Shown here piece after piece: positions 17,668 through 29,115 of a DNA stretch of 64,000 bases. The notes below the pieces were generated by a model. That model was not told the origin of the DNA. It made no database searches and saw nothing but the letters and a program-made list of their open reading frames with translations. Position numbers and translations under genes: made by a program. Source of the DNA: Pirellulales bacterium (lineage in GTDB: Bacteria; Planctomycetota; Planctomycetia; Pirellulales; PALSA-1355); contig CAVTBU010000005.1 in NCBI GenBank assembly GCA_963733035.1, positions 2,304,001-2,368,000 on the forward strand, written 5' to 3'. Numbering within the stretch: the first letter of the stretch is position 1; each line of letters opens with the position of its first letter.

Positions 17668-19824
17668 TCAATCGACGAACATGAACTCGTTCGAAAGCAG
17701 CATGGTCTGCACGTAACGCTCCCAGGGCGACGGCTGTGCCGCGGCGCCTTCGGCCGGCTTGTCGGCAGGTTCGGCGGCCGCTTGTTCGCCGGTCAGGAAT
17801 GCCTCGCCGAGGGCGAGCTCCTGCTCGCTGGGCTGGCGGGCGAACGTCACTTCATAGAGTCGACGGATTTTGTCGGCCGGGCCGGCGGCATCGTCAAACT
17901 CCGCTCGCGCGGCCAGGTGATGCGCCTGGGCGAGCACGAACGGACTGTTGAGCAGGTAGAGTGCCTGCTGCGGCACGGTGGTGGTGAACCGCTGCGGGCT
18001 GTGCGTGTCGGGGCTGGCAAAGTCAAACGTTCGGAAAAGGTTTGGCAGGTTCTGGCGATCGATGCGGCCGTAGATCGTGCGCCGCGTGGGCCAGGGCTCG
18101 GCGAGCAGATCGACCGACGCCCCGCCGACCGATTCGTCGAGCTGTCCAGACGCGGCCAGCAGTGCGTCGCGCATCGACTCGAAGTCGAGCCGCTTGCGAT
18201 TCATCCGATACAGCAGGCGGTTTTCGGGGTCGAGCTTGCGACCGTCGGGCCGCTCGGCACTCGATTGCTGATAGGTAGCCGAGGTGAGGATCAGCCGGTG
18301 CACGCTCTTGAGCGACCAGTTGTTTTCGATCAGCGCGCTGGCCAGGTAGTCGAGCAACTCGGGATGCGTGGGTGCGCCGCTCCGCAGGCCGAAGTCGCTG
18401 GGCGTTTCGACCAGGGGTTGCTCAAAGTAGTGCATCCAGATGCGGTTGACGATTACGCGGGCGGTGAGCGGATTGTCGGCACTGGCGATGGCCTGGGCCA
18501 ACTCGAGGCGGCCGCTGCCGTTTTGGAATGGTTGGCGATCCTCGCCCGCCACCACGGAGAGAAACTGCCGCGGCACTTCCTCGCCCGGGTTGCCGGAGTT
18601 GCCGCGAACGAAGACGTGCGGCGCGACCGGTTGCGGGGCATCGGCCAGGGTCATCACGTCGGCCGGTTGTTCCGGTTCGACGCTGCTGGCCAGCACGCCG
18701 TAAAGCGAATAGTAGTCCTTGGTCGGAATCGGATCGTACTTGTGATCGTGGCAGCGGGCGCAGGTGACCGTCAGCCCCATCGTGCCGCGGGTGAGCACGT
18801 CGATGCGGTCGTCGATGATATCGTGCATGTTGTTGAGGAAACGGCGACCGACAAGCAGAAAGCCCATCGCGGCCAGCGGGCTCTTGTCGTCACCCAGCGG
18901 CAGACGATCAGCGGCGATCTGTTGAATGAGAAATTGGTCGTACGGCAAGTCGTTGTTCAGCGCCTGCACGACCCAGTCCCGATATTTATAGGCGTTCGGA
19001 TAGTTGCGATCGGCGGTGAAAACGTAGCCCTTGCTGTCGGCATAGCGTGCCACATCGAGCCAATGGCGTGCCCAGCGCTCGCCATAATGGGGCGAGCCGA
19101 GCAGCGTCTCCAGGGCGCGGTCGAGGGCCTGCGGGTCGGTGTCGGCTTCGAGTTGTTGGACAACCGCGGCCTCGGGCGGCAAACCAGTGACGTCGAAGCT
19201 GGCGCGGCGGAAGATCGTGCGGCGGTCTGCCGGGGGCGAAGGTTTGAGGCCGGTCGCTTCCAGCTTGGACAAGATAAAGTTGTCAATTGGCGAAGTGGGC
19301 CAGTCGGATTGTTGGACGGTTGGCAGCGCGGGTTTGACGATCGGCTGGAAGGCCCAGTGCGTCTTGGCCGCTTCGTTCTGGTCGGGCGACTTGGGAACCG
19401 GCGCTTCGCTGGTCGGCGCGGGAGCGCCCATTTGGATCCAGGCTTCGAGCTTGGCGATCTCTTCGTCAGTGAGTTTGCCTTCGGGAGGCATCTTGGGTTC
19501 GGCGTTGTAACGCACGGCCACCATCAAGCGGCTTTCGGCCGGATTGCCGGGCACGATCGACGGCCCGTTGTCGCTGCCGGCCAGCATCGCGGCGCGGGAG
19601 TCGAGCTGCAGGCCGCCCTGCTTGTCTTCGCCGTGACATTCGAGGCAATGCGTGACGAACAGCGGCCGAATGTGCTTTTCAAAGAATTCCATCGCGTCGG
19701 GCGAGGGGGCCGCAGCATCGGCAGGCGGCGGAGCCGCGGAGGCTCGCAGGCAGATGCCGGCGGCAAGGATCGCCAGAGCGGCGATTCGTAGTGCGCACCA
19801 GGAAGTCTCTGATCGAAACCGCAT
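17668..19824 (-). CDS. Planctomycete cytochrome c / DUF1549 / DUF1553 (PSD1) protein
   Basis: CLECH, HWAFQP, YGERWARHWLD, CARCHDHKYDP and NPLTARV motifs. Confidence 0.9.
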   Translation of the reverse strand: MRFRSETSWCALRIAALAILAAGICLRASAAPPPADAAAPSPDAMEFFEKHIRPLFVTHCLECHGEDKQGGLQLDSRAAMLAGSDNGPSIVPGNPAESRLMVAVRYNAEPKMPPEGKLTDEEIAKLEAWIQMGAPAPTSEAPVPKSPDQNEAAKTHWAFQPIVKPALPTVQQSDWPTSPIDNFILSKLEATGLKPSPPADRRTIFRRASFDVTGLPPEAAVVQQLEADTDPQALDRALETLLGSPHYGERWARHWLDVARYADSKGYVFTADRNYPNAYKYRDWVVQALNNDLPYDQFLIQQIAADRLPLGDDKSPLAAMGFLLVGRRFLNNMHDIIDDRIDVLTRGTMGLTVTCARCHDHKYDPIPTKDYYSLYGVLASSVEPEQPADVMTLADAPQPVAPHVFVRGNSGNPGEEVPRQFLSVVAGEDRQPFQNGSGRLELAQAIASADNPLTARVIVNRIWMHYFEQPLVETPSDFGLRSGAPTHPELLDYLASALIENNWSLKSVHRLILTSATYQQSSAERPDGRKLDPENRLLYRMNRKRLDFESMRDALLAASGQLDESVGGASVDLLAEPWPTRRTIYGRIDRQNLPNLFRTFDFASPDTHSPQRFTTTVPQQALYLLNSPFVLAQAHHLAARAEFDDAAGPADKIRRLYEVTFARQPSEQELALGEAFLTGEQAAAEPADKPAEGAAAQPSPWERYVQTMLLSNEFMFVD

Positions 19825-19965
19825 GGGTCGAAGTTCCGCGAGCGAGGGTGGGCTGTTTTTTGGTGGGGCAAGCGGCGGGGCGAACGATTCGCTGGGGCCG
19901 AATCGCCGTGCCGTCATTATAATCGCCTGAGTAGCGCGACGCCAACCCGCGAGGAGTGCAACCTT

Positions 19966-21537
19966 TTGATTTCCGCCGCCGAAGCCTTGAAGCTGGCCGA
20001 GCAAGCCATGCAGTCGGCAGACCTTGCGCGGGCGGAGTTTATCTACCAACAGATCCTGGCCGCCGCGCCAGAAGAACCGCAATCGCTCTTCGGATTGGGG
20101 ACGCTGGCGCTTCGGGCCGGACACTTTGACAAGGCCGAAGCGTTTTTTCGACGGGCGCTGGCCACGGCTCCCGACGAGCCAATGTTGCACAACAGCTTGC
20201 ACTTGGCGCTGCTTGGCGAGGGACGCACCGCCGAGGCGGTTGCAAGCTGCCGCCGCGCGATAGAGCTTGCGCCGCACGCGCCCGAAATGCATAACAATCT
20301 GGCCCTGGCACGAAAGCAGGCCGGGGATTTAGAGGAAGCCCGTGCGGGCTTCGAGCGGGCGATTGAACTTCGACCCGAGTATGCCGACGCGCACTACAAT
20401 CTGGCCAATGTGCTGGTGCAGTTGCGCCGATTGCCCGAGGCGGAGCGTTCGTTTCGCCGCGCGATGGAGCTCGATCCGGAGGATTGGCAGTCGCACAACA
20501 ACCTGGGCAACATTCTTCAGCTGCAAGGGCGATTTGACGAGGCCGGAGTTTGCTTCGACGCGGCCGTGCAGCGCAATCCGCAAGCGGCCGAAGCCCATCG
20601 CAACCGAGCCCTGTTGCGACTGCTGCTGGGCGACTTCGCGGGCGGTTGGCCGGAGTATGAGTGGCGCTGGCGGATGCCGCAGCATTCGCCGCCCAATCGG
20701 GCTCAACCGCGCTGGCAAGGCGAGCCGCTCGCGGGCGACACGGTCCTCGTCTGCGCCGAACAAGGGCTGGGCGACACGATTCAATTCATCCGCTACGCGC
20801 CGTTGGTGCAGAAGCTGGGCGCGCGAGTCGTCGTTGAATGCCCCGCTTCGCTGCACGCGCTATTGACCGGGGTCGCTGGTGTCGATCGCCTGGTTGCTCC
20901 CGGCGATGCGGCGGAGCCGATTGATTATTGCGTCCCGCTACTGAGCCTGCCTGGCCTGCTCCACACCGCCTTGGAAACGATTCCCGCGGACGTGCCATAT
21001 ATTGTTGCCGATCCGGCGCACATGGAACGTTGGCGCCATGAGTTGGCTCGGCTGGCCGGTTTCAAGATCGGCATCGCATGGCAGGGCAACCCCAAGTTTA
21101 CGGGCGACTACTATCGCTCGATTCCGCTGGCTGAGTTCGCGCCGCTTGCCGATTGCGCCGGCGTCACGCTGGTCAGCCTGCAGCAAGGTTTCGGTCGCGA
21201 ACAGCTTGCGGCGCTTGGAGATCGTGTGCCTGTTGTGGATTTGGCCGATCGACTCGATCAGGACGGGGCGGCGTTTGTCGATACCGCGGCCGCGATGATG
21301 CATCTCGACCTGGTAGTCACTTCCGACACGGCGATTGCTCACCTGGCCGGAGCGCTGGGGGTGCCGGTGTGGGTGGCGCTGCAATTTGCACCCAATTGGC
21401 GGTGGCTCGTCGGCCGGGGCGATAGTCCGTGGTATCCTTCTATGCGGCTGTTCCGGCAGTCGCGATTTGGCCAGTGGGGCGACGTGTTTGCAGACATGGC
21501 CGCGCGGCTGGCGTCGCTTCCATCGCGGACTGGGTGA
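19966..21537 (+). CDS. TPR-repeat protein with C-terminal glycosyltransferase (GT9-like) domain
   Basis: TPRs; GWPEYEWR, EQGLGDTIQF, DTAIAHLAGALG and SPWYP motifs. Confidence 0.85.
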   Translation: MISAAEALKLAEQAMQSADLARAEFIYQQILAAAPEEPQSLFGLGTLALRAGHFDKAEAFFRRALATAPDEPMLHNSLHLALLGEGRTAEAVASCRRAIELAPHAPEMHNNLALARKQAGDLEEARAGFERAIELRPEYADAHYNLANVLVQLRRLPEAERSFRRAMELDPEDWQSHNNLGNILQLQGRFDEAGVCFDAAVQRNPQAAEAHRNRALLRLLLGDFAGGWPEYEWRWRMPQHSPPNRAQPRWQGEPLAGDTVLVCAEQGLGDTIQFIRYAPLVQKLGARVVVECPASLHALLTGVAGVDRLVAPGDAAEPIDYCVPLLSLPGLLHTALETIPADVPYIVADPAHMERWRHELARLAGFKIGIAWQGNPKFTGDYYRSIPLAEFAPLADCAGVTLVSLQQGFGREQLAALGDRVPVVDLADRLDQDGAAFVDTAAAMMHLDLVVTSDTAIAHLAGALGVPVWVALQFAPNWRWLVGRGDSPWYPSMRLFRQSRFGQWGDVFADMAARLASLPSRTG

Positions 21538-21543
21538 GACTAC

Positions 21544-23639
21544 ATGCCGACGATCGTCGAACTGCTCAACCATGCCATTGTGTTGCACCGTCAGGGTGAA
21601 TTGAATCAGGCCGAGGCCCTGTATCGGCAGATTCTGGAAGCCAACGCGCGGCAGCCCGATGCCTGGCATCTGCTGGGGCTGGTGGCGCATGCCCGGGGCG
21701 ATCAGCAGGCGGCCGTGGAGTACATCGGCCGGGCGATCAAACTCGACGGCGGTCAGCCGAGCTTTCACCATCACCTGGCCGAAGTTTATCGCACGCTGGG
21801 CCAGTGGGAGACCGCCGAGCAAAGCTGCCAGCAAGCCTTACGGATGCAGCCAAATTTGGCGCCGGCGCACAATACGTTGGGGGTGATTTACCAACAGCAA
21901 GGGCGCCTGGAAGAGGCCGCCGACTGTTACCGCCGGGCGACGCAACTTGATCCTCGCTTTGCGCCGGCTTTCGGCAACCTGGGCGCGACGCTGCACGCGC
22001 TGGGGCGATTGGAAGAGGCCGCCGCGGCATGCCGGCAAGCGCTGGAACTTGACGGGCGGCTCGTTTCCGCCGCGCTCGACCTGGGGAGGATATTGCGCGA
22101 TGCGGGCAATTTGCCCGCCGCGGTGGTTGCGACGAAACAGGCCCTGGAGATCGATCCGGGCAATGCCGAGGCCGAATGCAACCTGGGCACGTTGTGGCAA
22201 TTGCGAAAACGCCCGACCGAAGCCGTCGAATGCTTTCGCCGCGCGATCGCCCGCCGGCCGCGCTATGCCGCCGCTCAATGCAACCTGGGAAGCGCGCTGC
22301 GCGAGCTGGGCCAAACCGATGCCGCGGCGGCCGCCTATCAACGGGCGATTGGAATCGACCCCGACCTGGCGGAAGCCCATTTCAACCTGGGCATGCTCTG
22401 GCAAAGTCTGGGGCGCGACGCCCTGGCCCGTTCGGCATATCAACGGGCAATCGCCGCCCGCGACGACTACGCACAGGCATACAACAATTTGGGAACGCTC
22501 TACAAGGCGGTTGGCGATTTCGAGCGAGCCGCGAATTGCTATGCGAAGGCCCTGGAACATCGGCCCAACTCGGCCGAAGCGCTCAACAATCTCGGCAACC
22601 TGTTAAAAGTGCAAGGTCGTTTGAGCGAAGCGGCCGTCTGCTATGACCAGACCCTGAAGATCGCCCCCGACTACGCGCAGGCTCACTACAATCGCGGGCT
22701 GATGCAACTGGCCGAAGGTCATTTTGCGGCGGGCTGGCCCGAGTACGAATGGCGCTGCCGCTGCCCGGAGTTCGAACAGCGCGGTTTCCAGCAGCCGCGC
22801 TGGTACGGCGAGCCGCTGCCCGAGGGCACGGTACTGGTGCACGCCGAACAGGGGTTGGGCGATACGTTGCATTTCGTCCGCTACCTGCCGCTGGTTGCCG
22901 AGCGAGTCGGTCGCGTGATGTTTGAAGTGCAGCCGGCACTCGTGCCGCTACTGGAACAGTCGGGGTATGGAGACGTTGCCAGCCTTGTGCCCCGGGGAAC
23001 AGAGCTGGGGGAGTTCGATGCTTATGTGCCCCTGCTGAGCTTGCCGGGAGTTTTCGCAACCAGGCTCGACAAGATTCCCTCGCCCGGCGATTATCTGCGG
23101 GCCAGTTCGGGTCGCGTGCGGCATTGGCGCGAGGCGCTCGGCGCGCACGACAAGCTGCGCGTGGGAATCGCCTGGCAGGGGACGCCGACTTATCCGGGAG
23201 ATCGCGAGCGCTCGATTCCGCTGGCCCAGTTCGCGCCGTTGGCGCTGCCGGGCGTCGAATTCGTCAGCTTGCAAAAAGGCTTCGGCGTCGAGCAGATCGC
23301 CAAGGTGGCCGATCGATTTTTCGTGCGCGAGCTCGGACCGGAATTTGACAGCGGCGGCGGCGCATTTCTCGATACGGCCGCGGTGATCGAGACTCTCGAC
23401 CTGGTGATTACCTCCGACACGGCCATCGTGCATCTGGCCGGCGCGCTGGCGCCGAAACCTGGCTGGCTCTGACGCTTGTGCCCGACTGGCGGTGGATGCT
23501 TGCCCGTTCGGACAGCCCGTGGTATGCCAGCGTGCGTTTGTTTCGTCAGACGCGGCAGGGAGATTGGGCCGAGGTATTTGACCGCCTGGCAAAAGCGCTG
23601 AGCGAGCGCGCCGAGCAGCGCAAGCGCAACCGTCGCTAG
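21544..23639 (+). CDS. TPR-repeat glycosyltransferase paralogue (frameshift near 23450)
   Basis: Same motifs as the upstream gene. The C-terminus PDWRW...SPWY..VRLFRQ continues in a shifted frame to TAG at 23639. Confidence 0.85.
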
Positions 23640-23750
23640 ACGCCCCTGCACGCGGACGAAGATCCATCCAAGAGAACAGCGCGGCGCGACGGCGTTTTTC
23701 TTGTATGATTCATCCTTCCTCCTGCTGACTTCCTCCTTTCGAGGTTCCAC

Positions 23751-24803
23751 ATGGCGACGGGCGATCGAGTATTTCGGGTGGCGTATACCGGTGACTTTCG
23801 GCGGGCCGACGGAAGCCCTTTATATAAGGACATCGGCGAAGGCGTGCTGGCGGCGGACCCTGGGATTCGTTTCCGACACTTCGTCGAACACAAGGGCGAG
23901 ATTGCGCCGGAGCAGATCGACGACTCGCAAGCGATCGTCGTGCTTTCGCCGCGGACGACGCCCAGCAGCCTTTCGCGGGCCGACGAACTATTGGCCATTT
24001 GCCGCTTTGGCGTGGGGTACGACTCGGTCGATGTGCCGGCCTGCACGGCTGCCGACGTGGCGCTCATCACGGCGGTCGGGTCGGTCGATCGCTCGGTGGC
24101 CGAGGCGACGGTCGGTTGGATGCTGGCGCTCACGCATCAGATGCGCACCAAGGACCGCCTCGTGCGCGAAGCCCGCTGGGGCGAGCGGAGCGATTTCATG
24201 GGGCGCGAACTGCGTGATCGCACGCTGGGCGTGGTGGGTATGGGGGGCATCGGCCGCGCGCTGGTGGGCTTGCTGGCCGGCTTTGGCATGCGGCCGCCGC
24301 TGGCGTTTGATCCGTATCTGTCGCCCGAGCGAGCCGCCGAAATCGGCGTCACGCTGGTGCCGCTCGACGAACTGCTTTCCACCTGCGATTTCGTGTCGGT
24401 GCACTGCCCGCTCAACGACTCGACGCGCGACCTGATCGGGCGGCGCGAACTGGCACGGATGCGGCCCGACGCCTACCTGATCAACACGGCGCGCGGCGGC
24501 ATCATCAACGAGGACGCGCTCGACGAGGTGCTGGCCGAGGGGCGGATTGCCGGCGCGGCGATTGACTGCTTCGTGGGCGAGCCACTTACGGCGCCACCTC
24601 GCTTCGGGCAGTACGAAAACGTGCTGCTGGCGCCGCATTCGATTGCCTGGACCGACGAGATGTTTCGTGACATGGGGCATACGATCTGCCGCGCGATCGT
24701 CGAGTTGGCCCACGGCCGACGCCCGCCGGGAGTCGTTAACGCGGAGGTGCTCGACCGGCCCGGCTTTCAGGCAAAGTGGGAGCGGCATCGGCTGGAAGGA
24801 TGA
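23751..24803 (+). CDS. D-isomer-specific 2-hydroxyacid dehydrogenase
   Basis: GVGYD, GMGGIG, HCPL, INTARG and LLAPH motifs. Confidence 0.9.
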   Translation: MATGDRVFRVAYTGDFRRADGSPLYKDIGEGVLAADPGIRFRHFVEHKGEIAPEQIDDSQAIVVLSPRTTPSSLSRADELLAICRFGVGYDSVDVPACTAADVALITAVGSVDRSVAEATVGWMLALTHQMRTKDRLVREARWGERSDFMGRELRDRTLGVVGMGGIGRALVGLLAGFGMRPPLAFDPYLSPERAAEIGVTLVPLDELLSTCDFVSVHCPLNDSTRDLIGRRELARMRPDAYLINTARGGIINEDALDEVLAEGRIAGAAIDCFVGEPLTAPPRFGQYENVLLAPHSIAWTDEMFRDMGHTICRAIVELAHGRRPPGVVNAEVLDRPGFQAKWERHRLEG

Positions 24804-25041
24804 AGCCAGGCGGACCGCCGCAGTCGGAAGCTGTCGTGTGCGCGGCAAAGCGGTTTTACGTGCCGCACGATTGGAGCCGGCCTGCGTCTATTTCTCATCC
24901 ATCATCCTACGGCCTTCATCCTTTCCCGCTCCCCAGCCTATCTCTGAATATTTCGCTTGCGATCCGGTTTCTTAGAGTCGACAATCCACGGCCGTGGCAG
25001 GTCTCTTCTGGGTGCGGTACGCAGGTCAAAGGGCGGTTTCC

Positions 25042-26418
25042 ATGAGCAAAGGCAAGGTGTGGTTTGCGCTGGCGGTATTGTTTGGCATCAACATGCTCAA
25101 CTTCTACGACCGCCTGATCCTGGGCGCCGTGGGGGAAGCGGTTCGCAAGGATTGGGAATTGTCGGATACCGAACTGGGCATCCTGGGCACGATGTTCATC
25201 TTGCTCTATGCGGCTGTGGGCGTGCCGCTGGGACGCTGGGCCGACCGCGGCAACCGCTCGCTGATTCTCACCGGCGGAGTCACCATCTGGAGCTTGCTCA
25301 CCGCGGCGTCGGGCATGGCCGCCAATATTTGGCAAATGGGTGCTTTGCGATTGGCCGTGGGCGTCGGCGAAGCCACCTGCGCGCCGGCTTCCAATTCACT
25401 TATCGGCGATTTGTTTCCCGCGCGCACGCGCGCCCGCGCCCTCTCTGTGTTCATGCTGGGTCTGCCGATCGGCAATGCGCTGTGCTTCCTGGTCAGCGGT
25501 TATTTGGCATACAACTACAGTTGGCGATATGCGTTCTACGTGGCGCTGGTTCCCGGGTTGCTTTGTGCTTTGGGCGCGTTCTTGATCCACGAGCCCGAGC
25601 GCGGCGGCACGGAAACCATGAAGATCGGTTCGCGGCGGCGCGAAGGAAACCCGTTCTGGCTCGTGCTGTCGACGCCGACAATGTTATGGATCATCGTTTC
25701 GGGCGCGCTGCACAACTTCAACATGTATGCCATTGGCGGCTTTCTCACTCCGTTCACGATGCGGGTGCACGGCAAGGACGTGCAGTTCGCCGGCTACGTG
25801 TCGATGTCGGTGTACGGGCTGGCGGGCATCCCGGGCATGATTCTGGGCGGGCTGCTGGGTGACTTCGTGATTCGTCGCTGGAGCAACGGTCGGATGCTGG
25901 TGGCCGCGGTGGCGATCGCCATTTCGGTGCCGGTGTTTTATTTCGCGATCGGTCAATCGGAGTGGTTCGCGTTCGGCATGATGTTCGGCTTCGGCTGCAT
26001 GATGCTCTATATGTACTACGGTACCGTGTACTCGACGATTCAAGACGTGATCGAGCCGTCGCTACGGGCCACGGCCATGGCACTGTATTTCTGCGCGATG
26101 TACGCTTTCGGCGGGGCGCTGGGACCGATCGCCACGGGCTTTCTGAGCGAGCACTTCACGAATCGGGCCGCGACGATCGCCGGCGTCGAGCTCGACGGGC
26201 TGGAAGAAAGCGTCCGCTATGCCGCGATCGAACCGTATCGGGCCGAAGGGATCAGCACGGCGATGTACGTCTTGCCGGCCGTCGGCAGTGCGCTGGCATT
26301 GAGTCTGTTTGCCGGTGCGATGACGGTGCGCCGCGATGTCGACCGGCTGCACGCTTGGATGCGCGAGGCCAGCGAAGCCGAAGCGGCGATGCCGCAGCCT
26401 GAGAAAGTGACGACGTGA
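25042..26418 (+). CDS. MFS transporter (spinster-like)
   Basis: NFYDR, GRWADRGNR and GVGEA motifs; 12 TM helices. Confidence 0.9.
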   Translation: MSKGKVWFALAVLFGINMLNFYDRLILGAVGEAVRKDWELSDTELGILGTMFILLYAAVGVPLGRWADRGNRSLILTGGVTIWSLLTAASGMAANIWQMGALRLAVGVGEATCAPASNSLIGDLFPARTRARALSVFMLGLPIGNALCFLVSGYLAYNYSWRYAFYVALVPGLLCALGAFLIHEPERGGTETMKIGSRRREGNPFWLVLSTPTMLWIIVSGALHNFNMYAIGGFLTPFTMRVHGKDVQFAGYVSMSVYGLAGIPGMILGGLLGDFVIRRWSNGRMLVAAVAIAISVPVFYFAIGQSEWFAFGMMFGFGCMMLYMYYGTVYSTIQDVIEPSLRATAMALYFCAMYAFGGALGPIATGFLSEHFTNRAATIAGVELDGLEESVRYAAIEPYRAEGISTAMYVLPAVGSALALSLFAGAMTVRRDVDRLHAWMREASEAEAAMPQPEKVTT

Positions 26419-26448
26419 AGCCGGTACGGCCCGTCGGACTAGGTCACC

Positions 26449-29115
26449 TTATTGATTTGGATCCGCCTGTCGAATCCCTGCTTCAACGAGTGACTTGATT
26501 TCATGCAGCGGCGGGTCGATGGCCACGATCTTTCCTTCACCGTCCAACAGGAACGACCGCGGGACGGAACTGACGCCGAGCCGGCGTGCCAGCGGATGGT
26601 GCATGCCGGCCGTTTCCGGCGTGGCGCCGTGGAGCACTGACCAAGGGATGGACTGGTTCCTGACGAACGACTTCAAGTCGGTGTCGGCTTCGTCGAGGCT
26701 GACGCCGACGACTTCAAAACCGTGCTCGTGCAGGTCGTGATAGAGGCTCTTGAGTTCCGGCAGCTCGGCGACGCAGGGCTGGCACCAGGTGGCCCAGAAC
26801 GACACCAGCGTGACTTTGCCATGATACGCCGCCGGGTCGAGCGGCTGGCCGTCGACCTTCGTGCCGGCCAGTTCGAGTGTTTGGCCGACTTCGGGAGGCG
26901 GCGCGAGTTCGCCGGGCGGCACGGTCATATCCCACAGCGGCACGGCGCCCTCGCCGCCGGTGGCTAGCGTCTTGCCGTCGGGACTGTAGGCGATCGACAT
27001 CTGAAACGACTGCGGCGCGATCATCGTTTCGAGCACCTTGCCGCTGGCAACGTCGATGAGTTGGATCCGCGGCTGCTCGAGTTCCGAGGCCTTTAGATTC
27101 CGCCGGACTTGCTTGGGATAAATCGCTTCGGCGGTGGCCAGGTTCCGGCCCGATGGCTCGAATGCGAAGCCGGTAACCCATGTATTCGGCCCGAGTGCGG
27201 TCTCTCGCACTTGCCAGGTGACGAGATCGACCAGGAGTAAACGCGAGTCGCGCGTCTCCCCGTCGAAACCGGCGAGGGCAAGCACGCCGCCATCGGGCGA
27301 CACCCCCGGGAACAAAAAGGCTTCACGCGGCGACTGAGGTTCAATCGCCAGCAGCTCCTTGCCACTGGACACCTCCCAGATCTTCAATTCCTGCCGGCTA
27401 TGTTTAAAATCGTCGCGCTTGGGCATGGTGATGACCACTCCGATGGCGACCTGCCCTTCTTTGGCAAAGTTGGTCACAAACGCCCGCTGTAAATCAACCA
27501 GCGGAACTCGCGTGGTGGGTTGCCAATCGGGTAGCGTGTAAAACACGATCGCCTCGGTGTAGTTCGTTTCGCCAGGAATCGGCACAGCAACGCCCGCCAG
27601 CGTGCTATCGTCGTTGACGGCATGTACCGAGATCCAACCTTTTGCCACTTCGCGAAACGTGCCGGTTTGTACGTCGAGCAGGCTGAGCGCGCGCGGCCGT
27701 GAACCGGTGACCTCGCCGGGGGTTTCTTCCTGCACGAACATATGTTTGCCATCGGGCAGTAGTTCGGTGTGGACGACTCGGCGCGGCGGATCTTGTTGCC
27801 AGGCGTGCAAGTGATGGCCTGTCACGGCGTCCCAGGCATTTACCACGTCCGAGTATGCGACGCGCGAGATACGCTTGCCGTCGCGTTCGATGTGATCGAG
27901 GCGGCCACGCTCGCGACTGTGCGTATAGACCTGCTGCCAATCGGGCGAGATGTGAAAGTAATTGTGGGAGCCGCGCAGTCCCTCGCCCGCGTCGACCGAG
28001 ATTACCCTTTCGCCGGTGGCGAGATTCCAAATGTGCACCAGGCCGCCCGGGTAGTCGCCGGCGATCAGTTTTTGGCCATCGGGCGAAAAATGGATGTCGC
28101 AAATCTCGCCATCGGGGTGCAGGTGCTCGAGCTTGCTGACAAGGCGCCGGCTCACCGGAAGGATTTGAGGACCGGGCAGCGCCGGCAGAAGCTCCAAGTC
28201 GAAAGTCGAGGGAGCGACGTTTCCTTCGGGCCAGCTTGCGAGCGAGAACGTGACCCTGGCCATTCCCGGTGTCACTTCGTCAGGAATCACGACATCGTCG
28301 TACAAGTTATAGGTGCAACACCGTCGGTCGAAGTTGTAGGTTCGCACCAGGGTTTCGCCGCCGGCTTTGGGAAATTGAAACTCCACACGCGGACGCACCT
28401 CGGCCGGAATCACGCCGGCATAAGCGGTTGAGATGGTCGAGCCGGGACCGATGCCTGGCGTCCCCATTTCCAGGGAGATCTCGTTGTTGCGCCCGAGTCT
28501 CAGCTTGCCTTTGCCCGTGGGCAACAGCGTCCACGGTCCGCCGAAGTGTAGAATTGGCGCTTCGGCGGGCGATTGCGCGAAGTCGAGCAGGCCGTACACG
28601 TCGCCGATGGAGAGGTGCTGGACCACGCGGCCGTCAATTCCCTGACCACGATAACCGGGCAGTTCCACGTCGCAGGCGATTGACACCGCGCGAAAGTTTG
28701 GATCCTGTTCTAGCCGCTCCGTAACGTCGGCATATTTTCCTAGCAGGTGATCGACGTTGATCCAATGTACGCGTAGGGCCTTGTGCAGGAGTTGTCCGTC
28801 GGGGATATCGCCAGCAAGGAACGACGGGCTGCCGCCGCGAGAGTCGCTCGCCTCGTCACGCATCGCAATGCGTTCACCTTCGTCGGTGAGATCTCCGTTG
28901 CCGTTGCGGTCGACGTAGAGCACGTCGCCGTCGCGCACCAGCCAGACGCGCGTCTTCGCCTCGGGCCCGAACACCAGCAGGCAATACAGCGGCTGATCGC
29001 TCTTCAACTCCGGAAGCTTGTCGATCTGGCGAGGAATGTTTTCCAAATCGATCGCGCTGGTGCGCGCGGCAATCAGCACCGTGCCCGTTAGCAGCAACAA
29101 CGTCGCAAGTCGCAT
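26449..29115 (-). CDS. Secreted WD40 beta-propeller + C-terminal TlpA/thioredoxin-like domain protein
   Basis: Signal peptide; FSPDG repeats; FWATWCQPC. Confidence 0.8.
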   Translation of the reverse strand: MRLATLLLLTGTVLIAARTSAIDLENIPRQIDKLPELKSDQPLYCLLVFGPEAKTRVWLVRDGDVLYVDRNGNGDLTDEGERIAMRDEASDSRGGSPSFLAGDIPDGQLLHKALRVHWINVDHLLGKYADVTERLEQDPNFRAVSIACDVELPGYRGQGIDGRVVQHLSIGDVYGLLDFAQSPAEAPILHFGGPWTLLPTGKGKLRLGRNNEISLEMGTPGIGPGSTISTAYAGVIPAEVRPRVEFQFPKAGGETLVRTYNFDRRCCTYNLYDDVVIPDEVTPGMARVTFSLASWPEGNVAPSTFDLELLPALPGPQILPVSRRLVSKLEHLHPDGEICDIHFSPDGQKLIAGDYPGGLVHIWNLATGERVISVDAGEGLRGSHNYFHISPDWQQVYTHSRERGRLDHIERDGKRISRVAYSDVVNAWDAVTGHHLHAWQQDPPRRVVHTELLPDGKHMFVQEETPGEVTGSRPRALSLLDVQTGTFREVAKGWISVHAVNDDSTLAGVAVPIPGETNYTEAIVFYTLPDWQPTTRVPLVDLQRAFVTNFAKEGQVAIGVVITMPKRDDFKHSRQELKIWEVSSGKELLAIEPQSPREAFLFPGVSPDGGVLALAGFDGETRDSRLLLVDLVTWQVRETALGPNTWVTGFAFEPSGRNLATAEAIYPKQVRRNLKASELEQPRIQLIDVASGKVLETMIAPQSFQMSIAYSPDGKTLATGGEGAVPLWDMTVPPGELAPPPEVGQTLELAGTKVDGQPLDPAAYHGKVTLVSFWATWCQPCVAELPELKSLYHDLHEHGFEVVGVSLDEADTDLKSFVRNQSIPWSVLHGATPETAGMHHPLARRLGVSSVPRSFLLDGEGKIVAIDPPLHEIKSLVEAGIRQADPNQ

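Noticed and set aside
17065..19791. Long antisense ORFs (e.g. 908 aa here, 3250-4746, 49912-51171)
   Set aside because: These are shadow ORFs opposite well-supported genes in high-GC DNA.
23705..24925. TTCATCCTT-like heptamer traces flanking the dehydrogenase
   Set aside because: They are short, degenerate and low-complexity, and no associated element was seen.
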